Of a stretch of 64,000 bases of DNA, positions 27,799 to 38,672 are shown piece after piece. Location: the sequence record PV730302.1; one strand, given 5' to 3'. The notes beneath the pieces are model-generated. The model worked only from the letters and a program-made list of their open reading frames with translations. It ran no database searches and was not told where the DNA came from. The translations under genes were made by a program, and so were the position numbers. The stretch's first letter is position 1; every line of letters begins with the position of its first letter. Origin of the DNA: a phage.

Positions 27799-29862
27799 AT
27801 GAATTACTACGATAAAGTTGATGAAGTGGTAGGGACTGTAACAAGTCCCTGTGATGACGCAGTAGGACCTGGTGAATATCGCCGGGTTAAATGGGAATTA
27901 TATAACCCAACAGGTGCTTTTATTCAACCTGGGAATGGCGTTGAATGGGATACCGAGATTATTCCACTAGCTACACATTTATACACACAAAATCCATTTG
28001 GTAATAAGTCCGAAACTTTTCCTGCACCTCCCCCACCGGAAGATGGAACAAGTCAAGGTATCTGGTGTGCTAAACTCGGAATATTCTTTATTACGCAATT
28101 GGATTTAGAAAATTATGTAGAATCGATTGGTGCAACTCTTTTGCCCGGTAATGATTGGTACGGCGCTGATTTATCAAAATCTGTATTGTATAAAACATCT
28201 ATTGAATATGATATGTATCGCATCGAAAACTGTGGCGGTGTATGGACGTCACAGGGCCCCAGAATGGACCCCAGGACGATGATTGCAGTTACGGCTGATT
28301 ATCATATGTATGTCAACTTTAACGGCCTTGGTGACTCCCGCAGGGCTTATTTGAAGTACTATGAGACAAAACCTTGTACTTATGTTGGACTGGTATTAAA
28401 TCTAGATGTCGATATGAGTATCCCAGGAACTCCGATTCCGGGACCGGTATCCATCGGGTCTTTACCGCCAGAAATAACCGGGCGAGCCAGGACAATAAGC
28501 TGTGTTCCTTTTACAGCGGAATTCCCTTACAACGGATTGACTAATGCGATTATGGCTTCATGGAATACATCTAGGAATTCATTCAAATTATATTGGGATA
28601 TGCTCCCTGGATGGCCATCATCTGGTGGAACCGATTGGGAAAAATTCTTCGATTCCGGTTATAGTAAGCTATCGGTCGCAATGGAAGAGCTAGGCAACTC
28701 AGCTGTTGCTATGTGTCAATATGTTCAGCAAATGGCTTTTCTTGCATTTAAAGATGCCATATCACAGGTCTTGAATATTGTTGGCGGTGGGTGGGACTTA
28801 CTTAAAAGCTTTTTACCCTCGATTACTATTATGGGCATGACTATTGACCTGGAAGACCTCTGCACTTCAGGTGATGGTGTACAGAAATTAAAAGAAGCAT
28901 GGAAAAACTTTAATTTAGAAGAAACCATCCAATCGATTTATTCTGCCATTGGGTCGGCATACGATTATTCGGTTGAACGCGTCAAGATGTATTCGCGTGA
29001 CCTTATTGATGCAATTACAGACTTGTATGACTGGGCCTGGTCTCAATTGCTTATGGCTGGTGTTGCATTATCAAAACTGTGTGTAGACCTCGCTCAAATA
29101 TGGAGTATGCCTCCTATAGTTCCGAACCCAGTTTGGAGCGTTATTACTGCGGTCAAGGAAATGATGAAGCAAGTTAAACCACTGGACATGATAATGAGCG
29201 GTAACTTTCCAGGATTCACAGCATCAGATGTTTATCAAATGGTTATGGAAAAGGTAGACCAGAAAATAGACGAAGCTTATGCAATGATTGAGGCTCTTAA
29301 AACCCAGGCACTCAATCTGTGGAATGAGATTAAGCTCAAAAAGCAAGAAGTACAAAAACAAGCTATTGAATTTAAACAATATCTTTCAGGAATGTACGAA
29401 AAAGTTACAGACGAGCTAACTGCTCAGAAGGAAGCCGCATTAGCACAAGCTGAAGCTGCACTTGAACTTTTAAAGAATAAATATAATCAGATTAAGAACT
29501 CTATTACCGAAAGTCAAACCTCCGTTTCTGATGTATTAGATATGGCTTTAGAAGAATTCAAAAAACTTCCTATTGTGGCTCAAATGGAAGAACTTCTCGG
29601 TATGCTCGGAGCTACTGTAGATGATATCATGGTTATATACGAGAACTCAGTAACTAAAGCAAAATCTTTATATCACGAATTTACTGATGGTTCCAGGTCA
29701 ATGAAAGACTTGTGCAAATCAATGTATAACCAAATATCAACATTATCCTTAAGTAAGGTGGTACAATGGATTAATAAGATGCTGGGAATATTCGGTTTAA
29801 CGATTACATTTCCATCCCTTTCCATTTGCATACCTTGTTTAGAATCTCCTACTAGGAATTAA
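27799..29862 (+). CDS. large hypothetical protein between gp5 and gp6 (687 aa)
   Basis: ATG immediately after gp5 stop, stop 1 nt before gp6 ATG; Cys/Gly/Pro-rich N-terminus, hydrophobic segments and a coiled-coil stretch; T4 as remembered has only small ORFs 5.1-5.4 here. Confidence 0.7.
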   Translation: MNYYDKVDEVVGTVTSPCDDAVGPGEYRRVKWELYNPTGAFIQPGNGVEWDTEIIPLATHLYTQNPFGNKSETFPAPPPPEDGTSQGIWCAKLGIFFITQLDLENYVESIGATLLPGNDWYGADLSKSVLYKTSIEYDMYRIENCGGVWTSQGPRMDPRTMIAVTADYHMYVNFNGLGDSRRAYLKYYETKPCTYVGLVLNLDVDMSIPGTPIPGPVSIGSLPPEITGRARTISCVPFTAEFPYNGLTNAIMASWNTSRNSFKLYWDMLPGWPSSGGTDWEKFFDSGYSKLSVAMEELGNSAVAMCQYVQQMAFLAFKDAISQVLNIVGGGWDLLKSFLPSITIMGMTIDLEDLCTSGDGVQKLKEAWKNFNLEETIQSIYSAIGSAYDYSVERVKMYSRDLIDAITDLYDWAWSQLLMAGVALSKLCVDLAQIWSMPPIVPNPVWSVITAVKEMMKQVKPLDMIMSGNFPGFTASDVYQMVMEKVDQKIDEAYAMIEALKTQALNLWNEIKLKKQEVQKQAIEFKQYLSGMYEKVTDELTAQKEAALAQAEAALELLKNKYNQIKNSITESQTSVSDVLDMALEEFKKLPIVAQMEELLGMLGATVDDIMVIYENSVTKAKSLYHEFTDGSRSMKDLCKSMYNQISTLSLSKVVQWINKMLGIFGLTITFPSLSICIPCLESPTRN

Positions 29863-29863
29863 A

Positions 29864-31822
29864 ATGGCTACTCCTACGAATTACCAATTAACAAGAACCG
29901 TTAACGCTATCCCAAAAGTATTTGTGGGAGCTACGTTTGAAGAAATTAAAAAGAATATTATAGACTGGCTTTCTAGCCAGGACGAATTTAAGGATTATGA
30001 TTTCGTTGGTTCTCGAATGAATATCCTTATTGATATGCTTGCTTATAATACCCTTTATATGCAGCAATTTGCTAACACTGCTTTATACGAATCTTTTATA
30101 GGAACTGCAAACCTTCGTTCTTCGGTTGTCCAGGCTGCACAAGATAATGGATATCTTCCTAGTTCTAAATCCGCGGCAAAAACTACTGTAATGCTTACGT
30201 GTACTCAAGCCCTTAATGAAAAGAATATTCGTATTCCGAGAGGTACTAAATTCCTGGCTTATGCTCGTGATACTTCAGCCGATCCATATGCCTTTGTGAC
30301 CACTGATAACGTTATTGCAGTGCGTGACGTTAATAACCGGTATTGGCCTATTGTTTCTCTGGCTCAAGGACGTATTATTCGTACCGAACTTAAATACGAC
30401 CCTAAAACTCCTATTCTTATTCGTGACCCGGATATTGATAGACAAGAAGTTAAACTTTATGTTGATGGGGCAGAATGGATTAACTGGACCGATAAATCAA
30501 TGGTTCACGCTGGTAGCACCTCGACAATTTACTATATGCGCGAAACCGTAGATGGTAATACCGAATTCTTCTTTGGTGAAGGTGAAGCCGAGAAATCTGT
30601 TGCAGGTGGAGTATTAGAAGCTAATTATATCGGCGGTCTAAAACCTGTTAAAGATTCTACCATTGTTATAGAATACCTTCGTACAGACGGTGAAGTTGCA
30701 AACGGTGCTGTCGACTTCAGTTATGCCGACTCCTTGGCTTATATCACTGTAGAAAAAATTACTGAAAACTATAACGACGACCCTGATTATGTGGGTGCCG
30801 ATGGTGGTGGTGACCCTGAAGATATTGAACGTATTCGCGAATTGGCTGTAGTTAAGCGCGAAGCCCAGATGCGTGCTGTAACAGGAACCGACTACGATAC
30901 ATTCGTGTCCGAGCGTTTTGGTTCTATTGTACAAGCAGTACAAACCTTTACGGACCCAAATAAACCTGGTTATGCTTTTGTCACCATTAAACCCAAATCA
31001 GGGCTATATTTGACGGCAGTCCAACGTGAAGATATCCAAGGCTATCTAAAAGAATTTAACTTAGCCCCTATTACCGCTTCTGTTATTTCTCCTGATTATT
31101 TGTTCTTAAAGCATAAAATTAAGGTATCATATGCCTTGAATAAATTACAGGAATCTGAACAGTGGCTATCGGCTCAAATTCTTTCTCAGATAGACCGCTA
31201 TTATATTAACGAAGTAGAAATTTTTAACCACGGATTCGCTAAGTCAAAAATGCTGACTTATATTGATAATGCTGACCATAGTATTTTAGGCTCCTCTGCT
31301 ACCATAACAATGGTTCGTGAGGTATTGAACTTTTTCAAAACCCCTGAATCAGGTATTAAATACTATAATCAATACACTAACCGTTCTGTGGTTTCTAGTG
31401 AATTTGAGTTTGTCCCTACTATCGTTTCTGAAGACAGTCCGGCGTATAATGTCAGAATTGCCGCTACAGATAAAGACGGCCGTGGTGATGGTAAAATGGT
31501 TATTGGGCCTTTCCGTCCAGGAGATGTAATTGAAAACCAATACATTAAACCATATACAGGAAATGACTTTGACAAAATGCCTGCTCCTGCAGACCAATCC
31601 GTTTATTACGTTATAGGTGAAATTGATTATTATTCAGATTTCATTTTCTGGGACATTGCGGCTATCGGTTTAACGTCCGATCGTTTTGAAGTTCAATCTA
31701 TAGAACTTTATGCGGGACCTGACCAAGACAACATCTTTACAAAAGACGGTTCGTTAATCGTATTTGAAGATGACCTCCGCCCTCAATACACGACCATTGA
31801 ATTAGAACCTATTACAATATAA
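29864..31822 (+). CDS. 6: baseplate wedge protein gp6
   Basis: 652 aa; MATPTNYQLTRTVNAIPKVFVGATFEEIK... matches remembered T4 gp6 N-terminus. Confidence 0.95.
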   Translation: MATPTNYQLTRTVNAIPKVFVGATFEEIKKNIIDWLSSQDEFKDYDFVGSRMNILIDMLAYNTLYMQQFANTALYESFIGTANLRSSVVQAAQDNGYLPSSKSAAKTTVMLTCTQALNEKNIRIPRGTKFLAYARDTSADPYAFVTTDNVIAVRDVNNRYWPIVSLAQGRIIRTELKYDPKTPILIRDPDIDRQEVKLYVDGAEWINWTDKSMVHAGSTSTIYYMRETVDGNTEFFFGEGEAEKSVAGGVLEANYIGGLKPVKDSTIVIEYLRTDGEVANGAVDFSYADSLAYITVEKITENYNDDPDYVGADGGGDPEDIERIRELAVVKREAQMRAVTGTDYDTFVSERFGSIVQAVQTFTDPNKPGYAFVTIKPKSGLYLTAVQREDIQGYLKEFNLAPITASVISPDYLFLKHKIKVSYALNKLQESEQWLSAQILSQIDRYYINEVEIFNHGFAKSKMLTYIDNADHSILGSSATITMVREVLNFFKTPESGIKYYNQYTNRSVVSSEFEFVPTIVSEDSPAYNVRIAATDKDGRGDGKMVIGPFRPGDVIENQYIKPYTGNDFDKMPAPADQSVYYVIGEIDYYSDFIFWDIAAIGLTSDRFEVQSIELYAGPDQDNIFTKDGSLIVFEDDLRPQYTTIELEPITI

Positions 31823-31825
31823 GCC

Positions 31826-31839
31826 TCTTAGGAGGCTTT
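31826..31839 (+). terminator. hairpin GCCTC-TTAG-GAGGC between genes 6 and 7 (weak terminator or attenuator)
   Basis: 5-bp stem followed by TTTG. Confidence 0.3.
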
Positions 31840-31850
31840 GAGGAGATTTA

Positions 31851-34800
31851 ATGTCTGTGCAAGCGCCTTCCGTTACTAGTTTGAGAATTGATAAACTCTC
31901 GGCTAACCATGTAAGTATTCTTTGGGATGACGTAGGCGCCAATTTCTATTATTTCGTAGAACTGGCCCAAACCAAGGATGCGGGTGAATCTATACCCGAT
32001 GATAAGTTATTTTGGAGAAATTTAGGTTACACCCCGAACAATAACTGGTTCGAAGAAAGATTTATTTCTCCTAATTCGTTTTATAAAATGCGTGTCGCTG
32101 TAGCTGCTCAAGGATTTGAACAATCTGACTGGGTTTATACAGAAGAATTCGAGACATTTTCTACTAACGCGTATACCTTCGAGCATATGCGTGAATTCAC
32201 TTTATCCAATAAATTCATTGAAGAAAAATTTACCAAAAATAACCAGAGTTACGTGGATTTTAATAGTGATGCCATTATGGCTTCTATGATGTCCGAAGAT
32301 TTTACTTGGACTCCGGCGTATTCACATCTTTCTTCAATTTCCAATTATGTATTAAAGGCCGACCGCTTCCATGAGATTCAAGGAAGTATCCAGGCCGTTT
32401 GTAAAGACCCTAATCGTTCTATTTTAATGGAGCTTGGTGGCGTACTTTACCTTTTAGAAAGATTCCAGAACACCGCTAAGGTATCTAACGATAAGGCCCA
32501 GAACTGGCATTATATCCGTTTGTTTAATGATAGAGTAGGTAATCCGGTTTCACGTACGGCTCATTATCAAACAGATACAACAACTTATATTTTAGGATAC
32601 GACCGCATATTTTACGGACGTAAATCAAGTGATATTCGTTGGTCTGCCGATGATGTACGTTTTAGCTCACAAGACGTGACATTTGCCAAAATTGGTAGTG
32701 ATATCGACCTGGACTTCGAAATCGAAATTTTCGGTTCTTATGCCCGTTTACCATTAGCTATTTCTACTATCGCAGAAGCTATGTGTGCTTCGGATGATTT
32801 TATTTACGTTGCGGCTCGTGACAGAGTTTATAAAGCAAAAACTACTGATGCCCCTATTGACACCGACCCGGGCTCTCCTACTTACGGTGAGAAAATATTT
32901 GAAAGTGGCTATTCGACCATAACCGGTAACCCTAAAGCGGTTTGTTATAAGTTAGATTCTATCCAAGGAAATACCTTTGCCTTAATTACGGGTGAAGTTA
33001 AAGAAGAAAGAATGGACCCTACTAAAGAAGAAAACGTGGTTGATTCTGAATCTAAAGGTGTTTATTGGTTGGATGCCGAAACCGATACATGGACCAGAGT
33101 ATTTGGTAATACTGAAGAAGAGAGACGTCGTATTGAGCATGGCTATACTAGCATGTCTACCGATGGCGAAGAAATATTCTTTAGCTCAAGTAACTTCAAA
33201 TATGAAGTAGAAGTTGATAACGAATTACCTTTAGAATACCCTATTGTGGCCTCAGCGGTAAAATACGTTAAGGACGAACAGTGGATTCATGATAAACATT
33301 ATCTGATGATGAGCTTTAGAGCTAACAGTAAGTCAGATTTTAAAGAATTCAAACCGGGTCGAATGGCCTATTATGCTGAACCGTTCTTTAGTTGGTCTAG
33401 ACGCGACGGGACACGTTCTTGGATTACCACAAGTAACCATGCAATGGTTGTTTATAATGATGCCTTATACCAGAAAATTATTGATTTAAACAGTGGTTCT
33501 TCTCCTGAACGTATTATCCGTGAAATTTGGGATAAAGGCTTTTGTACCGTAACATGTCCTAATATCGAATTCAATGGATTTAAAAAATACTCTTCAGGTA
33601 TAATGATTCACAAATCATCAGGTGAATTGGTTGGATATTTCGAGTTCGACTACCGAGTTCGAGATGAAGTTAAAATAATTTGGAAGCCTAAAGAAATAAT
33701 GTTTACGGCTGAACTCCAAAACCAAGAGCATGAAATTCCATGGGCCCCTAAAGAGGAAACTGGTGAACAAGACCCTGATTTGCGTCCTTTATTGGTTAAA
33801 ATGGTTCCTGATAGTTATTTGCTTCAAGATTCTAACTTTGAAAAATTCTGCGAATATTATCTCCAGTTTATTAGTGATGGCTCCGGCACCCATTATAATA
33901 ATCTATTAAATCTTATTCGTAACCAATATCCTAGAGAAGAAGATGCATGGGAATACTTATGGTCTGAAATCTATAAACGCAATATCTATTTGTCTAAAGA
34001 AAAACGCGACGAAGTAGTTCGTTTCTTCCAAGCAAGACAATCGGATTTCTGGTCTACAAAAGGTACCGAAGCTTCATATAAATTCCTGTTTAAATTGCTT
34101 TATAACGAAGATGTTGAAATTGACATCGAGTCCAAGAACTCGATTGAATATGATATCATCGTAGAATCCGACAATATCAGTGAAGATATCGTAGGCCAAA
34201 CAATTTATACCCCTACAGGAAGAAGTAATGTTACTTATATAGAACGAAATTACAAAGATGGTAAATTGCAATGGCGTTTAACCATTCACAATCTTTTAGG
34301 CCGTTTTATAGTCGGACAAGAGATTAAATCTGAACGCACCTCATTTAAAGGTATGATAGTGCAGGGTGTACGCGGTAAAGAATTGTTAAGTAACAATATC
34401 GATTATATTAACCGCAACCGTTCTTATTATGTTATGACTATTAAATCCAACCTCCCTACTTCTCGATACCGTAATGACGTGTTGAGATTTGTCCATCCTG
34501 TAGGATTTGGTTTTATAGGGATTACGTTGCTTTCTATGTTTGTTAATGTCGGTTTGACATTAAAGCACACGGAAACCATTATTAATATACTTAAGAACTA
34601 TAAGTGGGACTCAGGTCTTCCATCCGAGTGGTACGATAGAGTTGCTGTAATCGGATTTGATGGTAATATAGAAAGAGACCCTAGAACAGGACTTCCGGTT
34701 TATAACGTTGGACCTAAAGCAGGCGAACCGTTCCCTATTCCTGTTGATTATGATGCAGAAAATGATTTCTCTGTATTCCAAGGTCAATTACCTCATGAAC

Positions 34801-34943
34801 GTATTAAAAAGCATAGTCCTTTATTTGACCAAAGTGCAGTAACATTTTCAAAATGGCGTGCTTTAGTTGATGACAGACTTAAAGCTGATATTGGAAACCC
34901 TAGAGACCCGCAAGACCCAACTCAGGTAAAAATTGATGATTAA
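31851..34943 (+). CDS. 7: baseplate wedge protein gp7
   Basis: 1030 aa (T4 gp7 1032). Confidence 0.9.
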   Translation: MSVQAPSVTSLRIDKLSANHVSILWDDVGANFYYFVELAQTKDAGESIPDDKLFWRNLGYTPNNNWFEERFISPNSFYKMRVAVAAQGFEQSDWVYTEEFETFSTNAYTFEHMREFTLSNKFIEEKFTKNNQSYVDFNSDAIMASMMSEDFTWTPAYSHLSSISNYVLKADRFHEIQGSIQAVCKDPNRSILMELGGVLYLLERFQNTAKVSNDKAQNWHYIRLFNDRVGNPVSRTAHYQTDTTTYILGYDRIFYGRKSSDIRWSADDVRFSSQDVTFAKIGSDIDLDFEIEIFGSYARLPLAISTIAEAMCASDDFIYVAARDRVYKAKTTDAPIDTDPGSPTYGEKIFESGYSTITGNPKAVCYKLDSIQGNTFALITGEVKEERMDPTKEENVVDSESKGVYWLDAETDTWTRVFGNTEEERRRIEHGYTSMSTDGEEIFFSSSNFKYEVEVDNELPLEYPIVASAVKYVKDEQWIHDKHYLMMSFRANSKSDFKEFKPGRMAYYAEPFFSWSRRDGTRSWITTSNHAMVVYNDALYQKIIDLNSGSSPERIIREIWDKGFCTVTCPNIEFNGFKKYSSGIMIHKSSGELVGYFEFDYRVRDEVKIIWKPKEIMFTAELQNQEHEIPWAPKEETGEQDPDLRPLLVKMVPDSYLLQDSNFEKFCEYYLQFISDGSGTHYNNLLNLIRNQYPREEDAWEYLWSEIYKRNIYLSKEKRDEVVRFFQARQSDFWSTKGTEASYKFLFKLLYNEDVEIDIESKNSIEYDIIVESDNISEDIVGQTIYTPTGRSNVTYIERNYKDGKLQWRLTIHNLLGRFIVGQEIKSERTSFKGMIVQGVRGKELLSNNIDYINRNRSYYVMTIKSNLPTSRYRNDVLRFVHPVGFGFIGITLLSMFVNVGLTLKHTETIINILKNYKWDSGLPSEWYDRVAVIGFDGNIERDPRTGLPVYNVGPKAGEPFPIPVDYDAENDFSVFQGQLPHERIKKHSPLFDQSAVTFSKWRALVDDRLKADIGNPRDPQDPTQVKIDD

Positions 34944-35940
34944 TTCAACAGTAATATACCGTTCTATTGTTACTTCTAAATTTAGAACGGAAAAGATGTA
35001 CAACTTTTACAGAACAATTGGTGATGGTGAAGACCAGAACACGATGTATGTATCTTTCGGGAGAGCCCAACCATGGGCTCCTAACGAAAACGACCCAGGC
35101 TTTGCTCCACCTTATCCTGTAGATGATTCTGAGGGCGTAGAAGACGTCTGGACAAACATGATGGGTTGTGTTAAGGTTTATAAGAGCATGTTGGATTGTG
35201 TTGTTCCTCGCAAAGACTGGGGCGATACCTCTTATCCTAACCCTTTCACTTTCCAAATTGGCGAAATTGTAGTGGCGAATAGCCAACCTCAAAACCGTAC
35301 TGATGTGGGTGCAGGTTGGATGGTTTATCGTTGTGTAGACGTACCGGAATCTGGAGCATGTTCTATTTTATCTCTTGATAACAAAACCGAGTGTATTAAA
35401 CTTGGCGGTAAATGGACTGCTAACGTTCCTTCAGTTAAAGCTCCGGCAGGACAAGGCGATACGGAAGGCATGGTAGACACTGGTGATGGTTACCTTTGGG
35501 AATACCTTTATGAGATTCCACCTGATGTAAGTATCAACCGTTGTACTAACGAATATATTGTAGTGCCATGGCCAGAAGAAATTGCCGAAGACCCGGAACG
35601 TTGGGGATATGAAAACAACCTCACTTGGCAGCAAGATGATTATGGTTTAATTTATCGTATTAAAGCCAATACTATTCGTTTTAAAGCATTCTTAGATTCA
35701 GTTTACTTCCCTGAATTTAGTCTGCCTGGTAACAAAGGGTTTAGACAGCTTTCGATAATTTCTAACCCGTTAGAAGCTAAAGCTCACCCATCCGATCCAA
35801 TCATTAAAGCTGAAAAAGAGTACTATGATGTTATAGACCTCTCCCGCCATTCAGGTGAAATGATTTATATGGAAAACCGTCCTCCGGTTATTCGTTCCAT
35901 GGACCAAACAGAAGAAATTAACATTATCTTCGAATTCTAA
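34933..35940 (+). CDS. 8: baseplate wedge protein gp8
   Basis: 335 aa; VIYRSIVTSKFRTEKM... and CTNEYIVVPWPEE match remembered T4 gp8. Confidence 0.95.
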   Translation: MMINSTVIYRSIVTSKFRTEKMYNFYRTIGDGEDQNTMYVSFGRAQPWAPNENDPGFAPPYPVDDSEGVEDVWTNMMGCVKVYKSMLDCVVPRKDWGDTSYPNPFTFQIGEIVVANSQPQNRTDVGAGWMVYRCVDVPESGACSILSLDNKTECIKLGGKWTANVPSVKAPAGQGDTEGMVDTGDGYLWEYLYEIPPDVSINRCTNEYIVVPWPEEIAEDPERWGYENNLTWQQDDYGLIYRIKANTIRFKAFLDSVYFPEFSLPGNKGFRQLSIISNPLEAKAHPSDPIIKAEKEYYDVIDLSRHSGEMIYMENRPPVIRSMDQTEEINIIFEF

Positions 35941-35943
35941 TAA

Positions 35944-35957
35944 GGGCCGCAAGGCCC
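35944..35957 (+). terminator. hairpin GGGCC-GCAA-GGCCC after gene 8
   Basis: 5-bp GC stem followed by TTTCG. Confidence 0.45.
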
Positions 35958-35966
35958 TTTCGGGGG

Positions 35967-35974
35967 TATAAATA
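35967..35974 (+). promoter_or_regulatory. late promoter TATAAATA (gene 9)
   Basis: exact octamer 27 nt upstream of gene 9 ATG. Confidence 0.7.
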
Positions 35975-36000
35975 CATTATATCAATAATGAGGCATACCT

Positions 36001-36861
36001 ATGATTAAGCAAACTGGTAAGTTACTAATTGACGTCGGTGAGATTGGTAATGCCAGCACCGGCGACATCTTATATGACGGTGGTGTTAAACTGAACACCG
36101 ACTTAAACAACATCTATAATACTTTTGGTGACCAACGTAAAGCAGCCCTTACAGGCGAAACTACTGGTCAAAAATTACATGCCACCGGATACTATCAAAA
36201 ATTCGGTGATACCGACCAAGCAGGTTCTGTTGATTTAGGCTCTTTGGTGGATGTCGATGCTTCTACCGGTTCTATAGTTTTAACAACTGTAAAAGGAGCT
36301 GTGGGCGAAGGTATTGAAATAATTAACTCTAATGGAAGTATTTCAGCTACCAACTATCTTGAAATCCGTATATTGGATTCGTTTTTGAACCATCCTACAT
36401 CAGCCTTAAGAATAGTAACTCCTTATACACGGGTACTTTTATGGTGTGTAAGTGATATAAACGGTATAGCTGTATGGGATTATTCTATTGAGAGTATGTT
36501 TGGTGACAAACGAGTACCATTAAATAGAACATATAACATTTCTAACGTACCTAGAGATATCCCAGTGGTTTTTTCAGGTCAATATTCTTTAGTTAAGCTT
36601 TTAGTTACGGCAGTAAATGCCAATGAAACCATTTATAAAGCTTCTGAATATCTTTTGTTTATGGATAACCAAGCTAAAAAAATATATTCTACGGAATACG
36701 CTGTTATCCGTCGTGGACAAGCCACTGATGAAGACGAAATTTACAATCTCGATTTTAAATTTGATACATCCAACTATATAGTGGCTACGGCATCATCTGA
36801 AATCCCTATGAGATTGGCAATTAAAGTCGTAGATACCCAAACTATTGGAGTCCCAGTATAA
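36001..36861 (+). CDS. 9: baseplate protein gp9 (long tail fibre socket)
   Basis: 286 aa (T4 288); synteny. Confidence 0.9.
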   Translation: MIKQTGKLLIDVGEIGNASTGDILYDGGVKLNTDLNNIYNTFGDQRKAALTGETTGQKLHATGYYQKFGDTDQAGSVDLGSLVDVDASTGSIVLTTVKGAVGEGIEIINSNGSISATNYLEIRILDSFLNHPTSALRIVTPYTRVLLWCVSDINGIAVWDYSIESMFGDKRVPLNRTYNISNVPRDIPVVFSGQYSLVKLLVTAVNANETIYKASEYLLFMDNQAKKIYSTEYAVIRRGQATDEDEIYNLDFKFDTSNYIVATASSEIPMRLAIKVVDTQTIGVPV

Positions 36862-38672
36862 TGAAACAAGAATTAAAAATCGGCCAGGCCGTTGACGATG
36901 GCTCCGGAGATTACCTGCGCGCAGGTGGTCTAAAAATCAATAATAACTTTAATGAGTTATATTATCAATTAGGTGATGGAGATAATCCACACGCTGCTGG
37001 TGCCTGGAAACAATATTCTACTGCAGATGGTCCTTTACTTAATGCTGTTATGGGTCATAGCTATACATTGAATACTCAAGGTGGAAGGATTAACGTTCAA
37101 CTTCCTAAAGGCACTCCATCAGAATATAACTTTGTAATTCGTTTACGTGACGTTTATTCTTCTTGGCAAGCTAACCCTGTGACTATTATACCGGCCCCAG
37201 GTGATACAATTAAAGGTTCCGCCGTACAGGTTGAAATAGCTCGTAATTTTGCCGACCTTGAACTTGTTTACTGTGCCCCGGGACGTTGGGAATATGTTGA
37301 GAACAAGCAAGTTAACCGTATTCCAAATAACGACCTCGCTACTGTAGCAACTAAACAGTTTATTGCTACTGAAGGCCAAACTGATTTCTTGGATATTTTC
37401 CCAGGTCTAACCTATAATATTTCAAGTCTTAGCGTTATCCAACGTGGTAACACCTTGTTCTACGGTGTGGATGATATATTTGATGAAGCTACTTCTGAAT
37501 TTGGTAGCCCAGGTACAAACCCAGGCGAATTGGTTGAATTGAACGGTAAAGATATCCGTTTGAAATATCCTTGTGAAGCTGGCGATACGGTAATTATTAA
37601 ATCGTATAACGATGGATTGGCTCAATGGCGCAGTTCTTATAATCGTCGCGATATTACTATTTTAGATACGACCCTTACCCATGAAACCACAGTTAACGGT
37701 TCTAAAGTAGTATTAGACCTTTCTACCGTACAGACTATCACATCGGCAGAATTAAATGTTTCTCCTACAAGCCCTATTAACCCTAATGCTTGTCAGGTAA
37801 TGCTTAATAGTACTTTATTGCATCAAGCTGGTACTGCCGGATTCCCTGCTTTCTATTGTGAAGGTGTTGATACAGATGATGCGGGCCTTTGTGCAGATTC
37901 GGGTGGCGTATGGACGCAATCCAAATCCGATTATATTTTGAATATAGCAGATGACGATAAAATCGAATCATTTGAATTTGGACGTAAACTGGAACATGGC
38001 GATATCCTTACTGTAATTTGGTATAATAATGATATCGGTACCACTATGACTATTGATGAGATTTTAGATACCACAAACGATATCTATATTTCTCAAGGTC
38101 CTTCGGTGTCTTTAACAGGTCAAGTTCGTATTACTGATGTGGATAATCCATTTTCTCCTAACTTTGAACCTGTAGCAGAATCTGAAGTTTCTATTAATAC
38201 GGCAGCAGTGATGTTTGATTTGCTCCACCCTATTGGAACGATTTATGAGAACACTGTGAACCCTAATAACCCTGCAACTTATATGGGTATGGGTAGTTGG
38301 AAACGTCTGTCTGATAGTTTCCTTGTAGGTTGGTCTCCGGATGCTGACTCGTTGTTCAATGCAAACAATAATGATTTAGACTCTGGTGGTGTTCCTAAAT
38401 CTACTGCCGGCGGGACGGGCGGTTCTCATAATATTTCCATTAAATATGAAAACGTTCCTGAACTTAATACAGACGACAAGGTATTAGTTGCCGATGATAA
38501 CGGCCCTATTGTTATTGGCGGATGTTTGGTAGACCCGGATGCCCAAGGCCCGGCTTATACAAAATATCGTGAAGATAAAGCTACGATAAACAAACAGCAA
38601 TCTACAACGCCTATTCCTATTGGCACTTTGCCTCCATATACAACCGTTTATCGCTGGGTGAGGATTGCGTAA
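36861..38672 (+). CDS. 10: baseplate wedge protein gp10
   Basis: 603 aa (T4 602); synteny. Confidence 0.9.
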   Translation: MKQELKIGQAVDDGSGDYLRAGGLKINNNFNELYYQLGDGDNPHAAGAWKQYSTADGPLLNAVMGHSYTLNTQGGRINVQLPKGTPSEYNFVIRLRDVYSSWQANPVTIIPAPGDTIKGSAVQVEIARNFADLELVYCAPGRWEYVENKQVNRIPNNDLATVATKQFIATEGQTDFLDIFPGLTYNISSLSVIQRGNTLFYGVDDIFDEATSEFGSPGTNPGELVELNGKDIRLKYPCEAGDTVIIKSYNDGLAQWRSSYNRRDITILDTTLTHETTVNGSKVVLDLSTVQTITSAELNVSPTSPINPNACQVMLNSTLLHQAGTAGFPAFYCEGVDTDDAGLCADSGGVWTQSKSDYILNIADDDKIESFEFGRKLEHGDILTVIWYNNDIGTTMTIDEILDTTNDIYISQGPSVSLTGQVRITDVDNPFSPNFEPVAESEVSINTAAVMFDLLHPIGTIYENTVNPNNPATYMGMGSWKRLSDSFLVGWSPDADSLFNANNNDLDSGGVPKSTAGGTGGSHNISIKYENVPELNTDDKVLVADDNGPIVIGGCLVDPDAQGPAYTKYREDKATINKQQSTTPIPIGTLPPYTTVYRWVRIA

